A stretch of 64,000 bases of DNA from an uncultured Eubacteriales bacterium (GTDB taxonomy: Bacteria > Acidobacteriota > Aminicenantia > Aminicenantales > Aminicenantaceae). The position numbers and the translations under genes were made by a program. How positions within the stretch are numbered: position 1 is the first letter of the stretch; each line of letters opens with the position of its first letter. Under the pieces are notes generated by a model. The model made no database searches. It saw only the letters and a program-made list of their open reading frames with translations, and was not told where the DNA came from. The DNA lies in the NCBI GenBank assembly GCA_964550165.1, contig CAZJYC010000001.1:71021-135020 (forward strand), read 5' to 3'. Positions 1 to 8,605 of this stretch are shown one piece after another.

Positions 1-2681
1 AGATGCTGCTCTTTGATTCCTGTTCCGGTGTCTTCTATTCTGATCACAGCCTGATTATCCGATTGAGAAAGTTCGATCCTGAGAGTCCCGCCGTCGGGCA
101 TGGCATCCATGGCATTGAGGATGATGTTGATGAAGACCTGTTGAAGTCTCTGCCCCTGGGCCCAGATGGGTTTCACAGGAGAAAGATTCATGTCCAGGTT
201 GATGTTTATCGTTTTTAATTTGTACTCAATCAGAGAAACAATTTCTTGGAGACTTTCCTTGAGGTCCACTTTATGGAAGGATGATTCAGAAGGATTTCGC
301 GCAAAATTGAGAAGGTTTTTGATGATCTTAGCCACCCTTTCTGTCTGGGCTTCAATCTTATCAAGGATTTGGGCGTGGGAAGAGTTGGAAAGCTTCTTTT
401 GGAGAATCTGGACATAGCTTGAGATTCCAGTCAGAGGTGTGTTGATTTCATGGGCGACGCCAGCCGAGAGGAGTCCGATTGAGGCCAGCTTCTCAGATGT
501 GAGAAGCTGCTGCTGGAGTGATATTTTTTCTGTGATTTCCTCAAAGACGATAATCGTCCCGTAGGGTTTCATTTTGTTGTCCAAGAGGGCGGTTTTGGCG
601 ATATCGAATATTTTTTTCTCGTTGGGAAAGATGTCCAGAGAAATTTCGCTCAAAAGGCGGAAGTCCTGCTGGCTGTCCGAGGGGAAGAGAGCTGCAAAGT
701 TCTTCTCTCCCAAGACTTCTGCCAGCTTTTTGTTCAAGACCTCTTCTTTTTTCTGGGAGAACGTCTCCTCAAGCACCCGATTCCAGCCGATGATTTTTCC
801 CCGCTGGTCGAGGACGACCACGCCGACAGTCAGACTTTCGATGATGTTCTCGCTGTAATCCTTAAGCCGTTCCAGCTCCATGGCTCTGATGTTGGCCTGG
901 TCGTAGAGGTAGGCGTTTTCTAAAGCAAGGGCCACGGGTGAGGATATGGTGGTCAACAGCTCCCAGTCTTCACTGCTGAGAAAGGCGTTGCCCAGCTTTT
1001 TCCCCATTCCCAGACAGCCAATTATCCTATCTTCAACTTTTAACGGCAGGTAATGGAAGAAGGTCGATGAGGAAAGCTCTTCAAATTTTTTCTGGAGCTC
1101 TTTTTTTTCAGTGAAAGAATAAAAGGACATAAACTCCCTACCCTTCAGCTCTTGATAGAGAGCTCCTTCGAAAGCGATTCTCGTTCCTGAGAAGGGCAAT
1201 CTCCCCCTGGACCTGAAGATGGAGAAAGACTGTTTTTCTCCTTCCTCTGGGAGGAGAAGGGCGATGCATTTCAGGGAGAGGGCGTTGGCGATCATTTCCA
1301 GGAGGGACTGGGAGAGCTTCTGCAGGTTTCTTTCTCGACTGATCTCCTTGCTGATGGAGAGGAGCGTCCGGCGGTATTGGTAGGTGCGTTTGTAGTAAGC
1401 TCTGTCGAGGATGGATTGGATAAGTTTTTTCAGAGGAGAAAAGAGTGTTGCCCCAAGAATAAGGGCCAGAATTCCAAGAAAAAGGGCGTTGAGCCTGTTT
1501 TCAGTGGCCGCTTTGGTCTGGGAGGTGGCGATGTAATAGATGATAGCCAGGACAACCGAAGCGGAGACCAAAGTGAATGCCTTTTTCAGAAGCAACTCAA
1601 AGTCCATCAATTTATGTCTGGAGATGGAGTAAGAGAAGGTCAGGGGGATGAGGGCCTGAAGAATTACGGTGAGCTCTGCGGCCTTGGAAGGGATATGGCC
1701 GAACAGGAATGGAATGACATAAAAAAGTGAAAAAGGAATGACGCCCATGCCAAGGCCGTAGCCAATCCATTTCAATTGTTTTTTGATAGGAAGGTTTGAC
1801 GGAATGACCGCGCTATGGAGGATGCTGATCAGGGTTACAACCGAGAAGAGAGCAAAGTGGAGGAGGTCCAATTTTTCTGATGTTTCGTGCAGGCGGAGGA
1901 TGAGAAAATCGCTCGAATTCTGGAGAAAAGGAAGATTGAGAGCTATTTTCACCAGAAGGAGAGCTGTTCCGGGAAGATACAGGAAATAAACGGATGAAGG
2001 TTTGCTCTTAAAGAATTTTTTTCGCTGAGGGAAGATGATGAAGTAGTGAAGCAGCAGAGGAGGAAAGACCAGAAAGGCGACACTGTCAAGCCAGTAGAAG
2101 AGGCTGTCCAGGGTATTGAGTTCTCCTGTGGGCGAAAAGATGTAGAACGAATAAAAAGCTAGGGTGATGAAATAGAAAAAAACATAGGGCATGGAGAAGG
2201 GCTTCTTGGAGTTGACAAGAACGATCAAGCCTATGACCAGAGTCGTTAAGCCGATGAAGGCGAGAAAGAAATAAATGCTGTTGACTTCCTTCTGAGCCAA
2301 ATAAAATGAGGGAGGAATAAGCTCCCCTTCCCGGATGATCTGGTATTGAACATTTTGATTCAACCGCCCGGATGTCCAGAGATGCTTGGAGACATCTATG
2401 GTGGTTTTCACACTTTTACCGTTGATGGAATAGAGGATATTGCCTTTCTTAATACCGTGGATGTAGGCGGGGCTGTTGACGTCGACTTTGACGGCAGTTA
2501 GGCCCGCAGGCCCTTCGCTCCAGATGACCCCATCTGTGGGCTCTCTCCAGGTTGTTTTCTTATAGATGTTCAACCCGCCCAGAAAGATAAAGATGAGAGC
2601 GATGAAGATTGCCGAAAAGATTTCAATTTTTTCAAGAATGCTTTTTTTCTTTTTCTCGAAGAATCCAAAAAATTGAATCAT
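1..2681 (-). CDS. Sensor histidine kinase, C-terminus cut by the window edge. Domain order: TM, periplasmic PDZ-like, multi-TM block, GAF, PAS, HisKA, HATPase_c.
   Basis: The reverse-strand translation is continuous from an ATG at 2681 to position 1, and no minus-strand ORF is listed here, as expected for an ORF with no stop in the window. It reads MIQFFGFFEKKKK..., then a PDZ-like segment GVIWSEGPAGLTAVKVDVNSPAYIHGIKKGNILYSINGKSV, then five or six hydrophobic helices. H-box SAGVAHEINTPL; N-box FINIILNAMDAMPDGG; G1 IEDTGTGI. Confidence 0.8.
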   Translation of the reverse strand, partial: MIQFFGFFEKKKKSILEKIEIFSAIFIALIFIFLGGLNIYKKTTWREPTDGVIWSEGPAGLTAVKVDVNSPAYIHGIKKGNILYSINGKSVKTTIDVSKHLWTSGRLNQNVQYQIIREGELIPPSFYLAQKEVNSIYFFLAFIGLTTLVIGLIVLVNSKKPFSMPYVFFYFITLAFYSFYIFSPTGELNTLDSLFYWLDSVAFLVFPPLLLHYFIIFPQRKKFFKSKPSSVYFLYLPGTALLLVKIALNLPFLQNSSDFLILRLHETSEKLDLLHFALFSVVTLISILHSAVIPSNLPIKKQLKWIGYGLGMGVIPFSLFYVIPFLFGHIPSKAAELTVILQALIPLTFSYSISRHKLMDFELLLKKAFTLVSASVVLAIIYYIATSQTKAATENRLNALFLGILALILGATLFSPLKKLIQSILDRAYYKRTYQYRRTLLSISKEISRERNLQKLSQSLLEMIANALSLKCIALLLPEEGEKQSFSIFRSRGRLPFSGTRIAFEGALYQELKGREFMSFYSFTEKKELQKKFEELSSSTFFHYLPLKVEDRIIGCLGMGKKLGNAFLSSEDWELLTTISSPVALALENAYLYDQANIRAMELERLKDYSENIIESLTVGVVVLDQRGKIIGWNRVLEETFSQKKEEVLNKKLAEVLGEKNFAALFPSDSQQDFRLLSEISLDIFPNEKKIFDIAKTALLDNKMKPYGTIIVFEEITEKISLQQQLLTSEKLASIGLLSAGVAHEINTPLTGISSYVQILQKKLSNSSHAQILDKIEAQTERVAKIIKNLLNFARNPSESSFHKVDLKESLQEIVSLIEYKLKTININLDMNLSPVKPIWAQGQRLQQVFINIILNAMDAMPDGGTLRIELSQSDNQAVIRIEDTGTGIKEQH

Positions 2682-2705
2682 TTTGGCAAAAAATATATGG
2701 ATGAT

Positions 2706-3026
2706 TTAGTTCAGAATGTGCTTTTTCCCAGCTCGGATGGCCCATTTGATGCTGGACTGCTTCAGCAGCTTTTTCAACATCGCATCGTCTTTCAGTCCCA
2801 GAGGATTTGTATTTCTCGATAGAAAAGTGCTCATGTAATCATACTTGGGCTTTTTCGCAGGAACATTCTGGGGATCTGGAGATGGGTTCCTGGCTAAAGA
2901 CAGGCTTTTTGTCGATAAATCCTTATGGGAAGAGAAGGCGATGGAGATGAACGCCAGAAAGAAAAGAATGGTAAAAATTTTCCTTCTCACATGTTTAAAA
3001 ATAAATCTTTCGTCAAAAATTGTCAA
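2706..3026 (-). CDS. Small secreted or membrane-anchored hypothetical protein, 106 aa, immediately upstream of the kinase and co-oriented with it
   Basis: Listed ORF with an N-terminal hydrophobic segment FTILFFLAFISIAFSS. Its stop lies 25 bp upstream of the kinase start. Confidence 0.4.
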   Translation of the reverse strand: MTIFDERFIFKHVRRKIFTILFFLAFISIAFSSHKDLSTKSLSLARNPSPDPQNVPAKKPKYDYMSTFLSRNTNPLGLKDDAMLKKLLKQSSIKWAIRAGKKHILN

Positions 3027-3100
3027 TACGCAGGCAACGATGCATCTTTTTTGAGAAAACCGAAGTTATCATAAGACGAGGGTTTGATTTTTGAAAATAA

Positions 3101-3124
3101 AGGGGCCTGTCCCCTTTTTTCCTT
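3101..3124. repeat. Hairpin module AAAGGGGCCTGTCCCCTTTTTT, a variant of the GGGGACAGTCCCC hairpin that recurs elsewhere in the window
   Basis: Palindromic GC stem with an A-run on one side and a T-run on the other, so it looks like a bidirectional terminator. Related copies are at 26262, 41585 and 44700. Confidence 0.5.
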
Positions 3125-3229
3125 TTTTGCAGCGGATTCAAGAACGCGGAGTGGGGTTTAGAAATTTGACAAAAAAAGGAGAATAACCTAATATAAATCC
3201 ACAATTTAGTAGGATTTATAATAAAAAGA

Positions 3230-4447
3230 TTGGATTCGATGCCATACTTTTTTTGTCGCTTGGCTGCTGAAGACGGAAGCGTTATTGCCCAATCGTTCCT
3301 CGCGACTTCCCGTGATGAATGCCGCAGGCATTTCGAACAGCAGGGCTTTTGCATTCTGTCCATCAAGAGAGATTGGAAAAAAATCACCGTTCCCGCCTTT
3401 CCTTTTGAGAAGAAGGTCAAAGACAGAGATTTCATCATGTTCAATCAAGAGCTTGTGGCGCTGATCAAAGCCGGCTATCCAATCCTCAAGTGCATCGAAA
3501 TCATCGTCAGCCGGGCGAAGAACATTCACCTCAAAGAGTTGTTGATGAAAGTCGAGAATGAGATTCGGGGAGGAAAATCCCTTTCAGAGGCCTTTGTCCC
3601 GTTCGAAAAAAAATTTTCTGCTGTCTATATTGCTTCTCTTATGGCCGGAGAGCGGAGCGGAAATCTGGCCGGGACGATCAACCGCTATATCATTTATGCC
3701 AAGGTGATTTCCGAGACCAGAAGCAGGGTCAAATCAGCTCTGACCTATCCGACTCTTCTCCTTGTCTTCGCTTTCGTCCTCCTTGGCATCCTGATCAATT
3801 TCATCCTCCCCCGCTTTTCGCAGTTTTATACGGACTTTGAAGCCGAACTTCCGTCCATCAGCCGTTGGCTGATGTCTTTTTCCCTCATTGTCAGGAATAA
3901 CGTTCCTTTCTTTGCGGCCGTCATTTTTCTGCTCTTTTTAGCCTATTTCCAGATGAGAAAATACGAAAGAACGCTTGTTTTCATGGACAAGCTCAAAATC
4001 AAAACTCCCTACGGCGGATCCATCTGGCTGGAAGGAGGAGTGGCCCTTTTCAGCCGGACATTGGGCCTCCTCCTCGAAGCGGGAATTTCTCTTCTTGCTT
4101 CTGTGGGTATCGCCATTCAAGCCATTCCGAATAAATTTCTTGTCCAAAAAATCAAGAATTTGCCCGACTCCATCAAAGATGGCGAGAGTTTGTCGGATTC
4201 CCTTTCCAAGTCTGGAGTTTTTCCTGTGCTTTCGTTGGATATGATCCGGATTGGGGAGACATCCGCCAACCTGGAAGGGATGCTCAGGGATGTGGCTGAT
4301 TTCTACGATGAGCGAATAAGGGCCAAAATCGACACCTTTGTTTCCCTCATTCAGCCCGTCATCATTATCTTTATGGGATTAGTCATCGGGGCGATGCTCC
4401 TCTCCGTTTATCTCCCGATTTTTAATATAATAAGAGTGGCAAGATAA
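3230..4447 (+). CDS. pilC: Type IV pilus assembly inner-membrane platform protein PilC (GspF family)
   Basis: 405 aa with two GspF-type repeats and three TM segments; its stop overlaps the pilB start (TAATG). Confidence 0.85.
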   Translation: MDSMPYFFCRLAAEDGSVIAQSFLATSRDECRRHFEQQGFCILSIKRDWKKITVPAFPFEKKVKDRDFIMFNQELVALIKAGYPILKCIEIIVSRAKNIHLKELLMKVENEIRGGKSLSEAFVPFEKKFSAVYIASLMAGERSGNLAGTINRYIIYAKVISETRSRVKSALTYPTLLLVFAFVLLGILINFILPRFSQFYTDFEAELPSISRWLMSFSLIVRNNVPFFAAVIFLLFLAYFQMRKYERTLVFMDKLKIKTPYGGSIWLEGGVALFSRTLGLLLEAGISLLASVGIAIQAIPNKFLVQKIKNLPDSIKDGESLSDSLSKSGVFPVLSLDMIRIGETSANLEGMLRDVADFYDERIRAKIDTFVSLIQPVIIIFMGLVIGAMLLSVYLPIFNIIRVAR

Positions 4448-6066
4448 TGGCTAGGATGAAAAAAGAGGATTTACATACACAGTCTCTCTCCGAAGAAGAG
4501 AAAACAAAGCAATTGGCGAAACGGTACAACGTTCCCTACGTTGACCTTTCCTCCCGCAGTGTAAGCCGGGAGCTTGTTCAGTCTTTTCCCGCGGATTTTC
4601 TTTATCGATCGAATTTTATTCCTTTCGAAGAGAGCGGGAATATGGTCAAAATCGCCATCGCTGACCCTTCGGATATCGCCACGATCGATACCATCGAGTC
4701 TCATGTTGGGAAAAAGGTGGAGGTCTATGCGGCATCGATGCGAACCATCCACGAGGCGCTGCGCAAGAGCGAAACCGCACTCCAGGTCCTCAGAGATGCG
4801 ACCGAGGGATTCATCATGCAGGTCGTGGAGAAGGAAGGGGGGGAGGAGAAGGAAGTCATCTCGGCTGAGACCCTGGCTGACCAGGATGGATCGATCATCA
4901 AGCTGGTTAATTCCTTTATCTTCACCGCTGTCCAGAAAAGGGCGAGCGACATCCATATCGAATCCCGCGAGGAAGGAGTGATCATCAAGTTCCGCATCGA
5001 CGGCGTCCTGGGTGAAGCCATGGAGGCGATTGACAAGAAGTACCAGTCGCCCATCATTTCCCGAATCAAAGTCATGTCTGACCTCGACATTGCCGAACGA
5101 AGGGTTCCTCAGGACGGAAGGTTCCGGCTGAAAGTCAAGGATAAAACCATCGATTTTCGGATCTCGATCATGCCCTCTTTCTACGGTGAGGACGCCGTGA
5201 TTCGCATTCTGGATAAGGAGATGATCACCGAAGCCATCTCCGAACTCAAGCTGGATTTGCTCGGATTTTCGGATGCGGTCCTGAGCAAATTCCGGAGGTA
5301 TATCACTCAGCCCTACGGCATGGTGCTGGTGACGGGTCCCACGGGAAGCGGCAAGACGACTACCCTGTATGCCGCCTTGACGGAGATAAAGGCTCCGGAG
5401 GATAAGATCATCACCATTGAAGACCCTGTCGAATACCAGATCGAAGGAATCACCCAGATCCCGGTGAACGAGAAGAAAGGGCTCACCTTTGCCCGGGGCT
5501 TGCGTTCCATCCTCCGCCATGACCCGGATAAAATCATGGTGGGAGAGATCCGCGACCCGGAAACGGCCCAGATTGCCATTCAATCCGCTTTGACCGGACA
5601 TCTGGTTTTCACCACCGTCCATGCCAACAATGTCTTCGACGTTATCGGCCGCTTCCTCCATATGCAGGTTGACCCCTACAGCTTCATTTCAGCTCTGAAC
5701 TGCATTCTGGCCCAGAGGCTGGTCAGGGTGCTCTGTCCAAAATGCAAGAATCCGGTCAAGTACAGCGACGCCCAATTGCTCGAATCAGGTCTTGACCCGG
5801 AGAAATACCGGAACAGAACTTTCTACGAAGCGCAGGGATGTATGGAATGCTATCACACCGGTTTCAAAGGCAGGACAGCCATCGCCGAGCTGCTTGAGCT
5901 TTCCGACCCGATCCGGGAGATGATTCTGGAAAAAAAGCCTCTCTCTGAAGTGAAGAAGCGAGCCAAGAGCGAGGGTATAATTTTCCTGAGAGAGGTGGGG
6001 ATGGAGAAAGTTCTGAAGGGGACGACAAGCCTTAAGGAATTGAATAAAGTAACCTTTGTTGAGTGA
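4447..6066 (+). CDS. pilB: Type IV pilus assembly ATPase PilB (GspE family)
   Basis: N-terminal T2SSE_N-like domain, Walker A VLVTGPTGSGKTTT, Asp/His boxes, and a tetracysteine CPKC...CMEC motif. Confidence 0.9.
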   Translation: MARMKKEDLHTQSLSEEEKTKQLAKRYNVPYVDLSSRSVSRELVQSFPADFLYRSNFIPFEESGNMVKIAIADPSDIATIDTIESHVGKKVEVYAASMRTIHEALRKSETALQVLRDATEGFIMQVVEKEGGEEKEVISAETLADQDGSIIKLVNSFIFTAVQKRASDIHIESREEGVIIKFRIDGVLGEAMEAIDKKYQSPIISRIKVMSDLDIAERRVPQDGRFRLKVKDKTIDFRISIMPSFYGEDAVIRILDKEMITEAISELKLDLLGFSDAVLSKFRRYITQPYGMVLVTGPTGSGKTTTLYAALTEIKAPEDKIITIEDPVEYQIEGITQIPVNEKKGLTFARGLRSILRHDPDKIMVGEIRDPETAQIAIQSALTGHLVFTTVHANNVFDVIGRFLHMQVDPYSFISALNCILAQRLVRVLCPKCKNPVKYSDAQLLESGLDPEKYRNRTFYEAQGCMECYHTGFKGRTAIAELLELSDPIREMILEKKPLSEVKKRAKSEGIIFLREVGMEKVLKGTTSLKELNKVTFVE

Positions 6067-6069
6067 GGG

Positions 6070-7011
6070 ATGGCCGCTAGTCTTGAGCGCATAAAAAATT
6101 ATTTCACAGAGCAGCCCCTTCCCCAGGCTGCTTTCCAGCTCTCTTCCTCTTATCTCAGTGGAATCCATGTTTCTCTCAAGGAGAAGAGTTTAAAAAGCCA
6201 TTTTCTTCTTCTCCTCGACCGGGGGATTATCGAGCCTTCATTCAGCCAAAAAAATCTGAAAGATCCTGCTGCCCTGGAGAAAAAAATAAAGGAAAGTCTG
6301 GCAAAAGCGCATTGGGCAGAGCGCAAAGTCGCCTGCCTCATCCCGGAGCTATCTTTAAAGGTCTTTGTCTTTTTCTTCGATTCTCTTCCCTCTTCGCAGA
6401 AGGACAGGGAGCAGATCATTCGCTTCCGGGTTAAAAAACAACTGCCGCTGCTGCCGCAGGATGCCAGGTTTTCTTTCGGCGTGTCAAGGTCAAACGGCTC
6501 GTGGAAGGTCGTTGCCGCTGTGGTTCGGACATCGGTCATCCGAGAGTATGAGGAGGTTTTTGACCGCCTCAATTTGAAAATCAGGATGGCCGGCGTTCCG
6601 TCGCTTAGCTTGAACAACTTAATAAAAGGAGAAAAAGGAAAAGACTACTTGCTCATCAACATCGAAGACGACTTTTTTAGCCTGGTTGGCGTTGTTAACT
6701 CTGAAGTCGTTCTCTACCGCCTCAAACCGTTTCTTGTCCAAGACCAATCCGGGTTGTCTTTGCCCCAGAGAGTTGAGACCATCGTCAAAGAAGCAGAAAA
6801 TACGGTAAACTTCATCGAGGACAAAGAGAAGGCAAAGGTTCAGTCTTTTTGCGTCCGCCTCGGACTTTGGGAGCACGGGGAAGATATGTTCTCCGAGTTA
6901 GAAAAGGAATTGCCTTTTCCGGTCACAGAAATAGAAGCTCAGGAATCTCCGGGGCTTGGCTGGAGGGAGAGGAAGATTCTATCCCCTCTCCTCGGACAAA
7001 TTCTACGATGA
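6070..7011 (+). CDS. pilM: PilM-like actin-fold pilus assembly protein, divergent
   Basis: 313 aa, in the position and operon order expected for PilM, with ATGA overlap onto the next gene. Similarity to PilM is weak. Confidence 0.5.
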   Translation: MAASLERIKNYFTEQPLPQAAFQLSSSYLSGIHVSLKEKSLKSHFLLLLDRGIIEPSFSQKNLKDPAALEKKIKESLAKAHWAERKVACLIPELSLKVFVFFFDSLPSSQKDREQIIRFRVKKQLPLLPQDARFSFGVSRSNGSWKVVAAVVRTSVIREYEEVFDRLNLKIRMAGVPSLSLNNLIKGEKGKDYLLINIEDDFFSLVGVVNSEVVLYRLKPFLVQDQSGLSLPQRVETIVKEAENTVNFIEDKEKAKVQSFCVRLGLWEHGEDMFSELEKELPFPVTEIEAQESPGLGWRERKILSPLLGQILR

Positions 7012-7571
7012 CATCAAAACAATTCAACCTGAATTTGGCAAGCAACCCGCTTCGGAACAAAAAATTCTTTTACGCGCTCTTTTTTGTTTTGGGAGCTATG
7101 ATTATCCTTGTCTCTTATTTTGCCGCAAAAACCTTTCTTGATTACAGGAGCGAGGCGAAAAAAATAAAAGCTCAAATCAGGAAGACAGAGCAATTGATCA
7201 AGGGCGCCGAAAAGGAGGAGAAGGATTACTCGGCCAGAATTGAAGAAGCTATTTTAAGAAACAAAGATAAAGTCGACCTGGCGAACAACATCATCCTGAG
7301 AAAAAGCTTCTCCTGGACAAAGTTGCTCTCCGGCCTGGAAAGCTCTCTTCCTGATTCAAGCTACATTGTCTCCCTGGCGCCAACTCTGACCGAAGATTCA
7401 AGAATGCTGCTGCAGCTGAGGGTTGCCTCCCCGGATTTGAGCGAGTTGATCAAATTTTTGAAAAATCTGCATGTTTTGCAGTTTGGGAAAATAAGAATAG
7501 AGGGCGAGGCCGAAAACGAAAGGGGCCTGCTCATCGCGGAGGTTTCTTTAACCTATGAAAGAGCTCTTTGA
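7008..7571 (+). CDS. pilN: PilN-like bitopic inner-membrane protein
   Basis: The start MTSKQFNLNLASNP overlaps the pilM stop (ATGA). One TM helix FYALFFVLGAMIILVSYF is followed by a coiled-coil region. The listed ORF 6849-7571 runs upstream in a different context; this start is trimmed. Confidence 0.5.
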   Translation: MTSKQFNLNLASNPLRNKKFFYALFFVLGAMIILVSYFAAKTFLDYRSEAKKIKAQIRKTEQLIKGAEKEEKDYSARIEEAILRNKDKVDLANNIILRKSFSWTKLLSGLESSLPDSSYIVSLAPTLTEDSRMLLQLRVASPDLSELIKFLKNLHVLQFGKIRIEGEAENERGLLIAEVSLTYERAL

Positions 7572-8115
7572 TTTGCTGAACGAGACAGAGAAAAAAATAA
7601 TTCTCGCGCTTGCCGCTCTGGCAGCAGCGGCTGCGCTTTTCTTTTTTCTTGGCTCTCTGCCGCAGAAGAGAGTTTACGGCCGCGCCCAGTCGTCTCTCAA
7701 GCCGACAGAAGCCCGCTATGACCAGGCCAGCCAAAAAAGCCTGGAAAAGAAAGAGGAATGGCTCAGGTGGCAGCAGGCTCGAGAGGATATGGAGGAGCTC
7801 GAAAAAGACTATTTCTACGAAGAGAAAGACGTCACTCCCCAGCTCAGGCTTGACCTTGAGCGAATCTTTAGCGAGGCGGGGGTAAATATTTCCCGGCTGA
7901 AATACAATTATTCCGAGTTTAAAAAAGAGAATATCGGGAAGGTGAATGTCGCCTTCAATTTGACAGGGTCCTATGCCTCGCTGAAGAAGTTCATCCACAC
8001 CGTAGAAAAATTTCCAAAATTTCTTGTTTTGGAAAAAATAGATTTTCTGGATGTCAATCCCGCAAGGCAGACAGTAGAGCTAAAAGTGACCCTGGCAGGC
8101 TATTATGGAAGCTAA
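7555..8115 (+). CDS. pilO: PilO-like inner-membrane pilus assembly protein
   Basis: 186 aa with an N-terminal TM ILALAALAAAAALFFFL followed by a periplasmic domain; its start overlaps pilN. Confidence 0.5.
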   Translation: MKELFDLLNETEKKIILALAALAAAAALFFFLGSLPQKRVYGRAQSSLKPTEARYDQASQKSLEKKEEWLRWQQAREDMEELEKDYFYEEKDVTPQLRLDLERIFSEAGVNISRLKYNYSEFKKENIGKVNVAFNLTGSYASLKKFIHTVEKFPKFLVLEKIDFLDVNPARQTVELKVTLAGYYGS

Positions 8116-8605
8116 GAAAATTTTGATTTTTGTTTTTGTCCTCTCGTTCGCAGCATCTTTCTGGTTGATAGCGCAGGAAAAGGAAGCGCAAAAAAAGGAC
8201 CCTGCCCCAAAGAGCCCATCGAGCCTCATCAGGAAAGAATTGTTATCGAGGGAGCCCAGAGCCCTTGAGCCAGCGCGGCGAAACATTTTTTCTCCGCAAA
8301 GAGCCGGGACAAGAGAGCGAGAGCCAAACCTGGTCGCCATTCCGCAGGACGTTCAGAGGTTGACAACTCCCCCTTCAGGCCCAGGAACCAATAGGCTTCT
8401 CTTGGACCTGAGCTACATCGGCTGCATCATTTCCGACAAGAAAATTATCGGCCTGGTCATTTTTGAGGGTGATGTTCTGGCCGTGGAGAAGGGCGAGTGG
8501 ATCGGTGAGGGGATAAAAGTTACCGAGGTCACACCCGCTGAGATAGAAGTCATCGGTCCCGACTCAGAAAAAAGAAAGTTTCCGGTTAAAGGAGACAACG
8601 AATGA
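8105..8605 (+). CDS. pilP: PilP-like periplasmic protein
   Basis: Signal/TM segment, a Pro-rich linker, and a C-terminal beta domain LLDLSYIGCIISDKKIIGLVIFEGDVLAVEKGEWIGEGIKV; overlaps both pilO and pilQ. Confidence 0.4.
   Translation: MEAKKILIFVFVLSFAASFWLIAQEKEAQKKDPAPKSPSSLIRKELLSREPRALEPARRNIFSPQRAGTREREPNLVAIPQDVQRLTTPPSGPGTNRLLLDLSYIGCIISDKKIIGLVIFEGDVLAVEKGEWIGEGIKVTEVTPAEIEVIGPDSEKRKFPVKGDNE

Noticed and set aside
4471-5661. 396-aa ORF on the minus strand inside pilB
   Set aside because: It is antisense to a gene with unambiguous GspE motifs. Its composition is Gly/Arg/Asp-rich, typical of shadow ORFs in GC-biased coding DNA.
6365-7141. Out-of-frame short ORFs (70, 85 and 61 aa) overlapping pilM and pilN
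   Set aside because: They are embedded in the pilM/pilN coding frames with no RBS or motif support.
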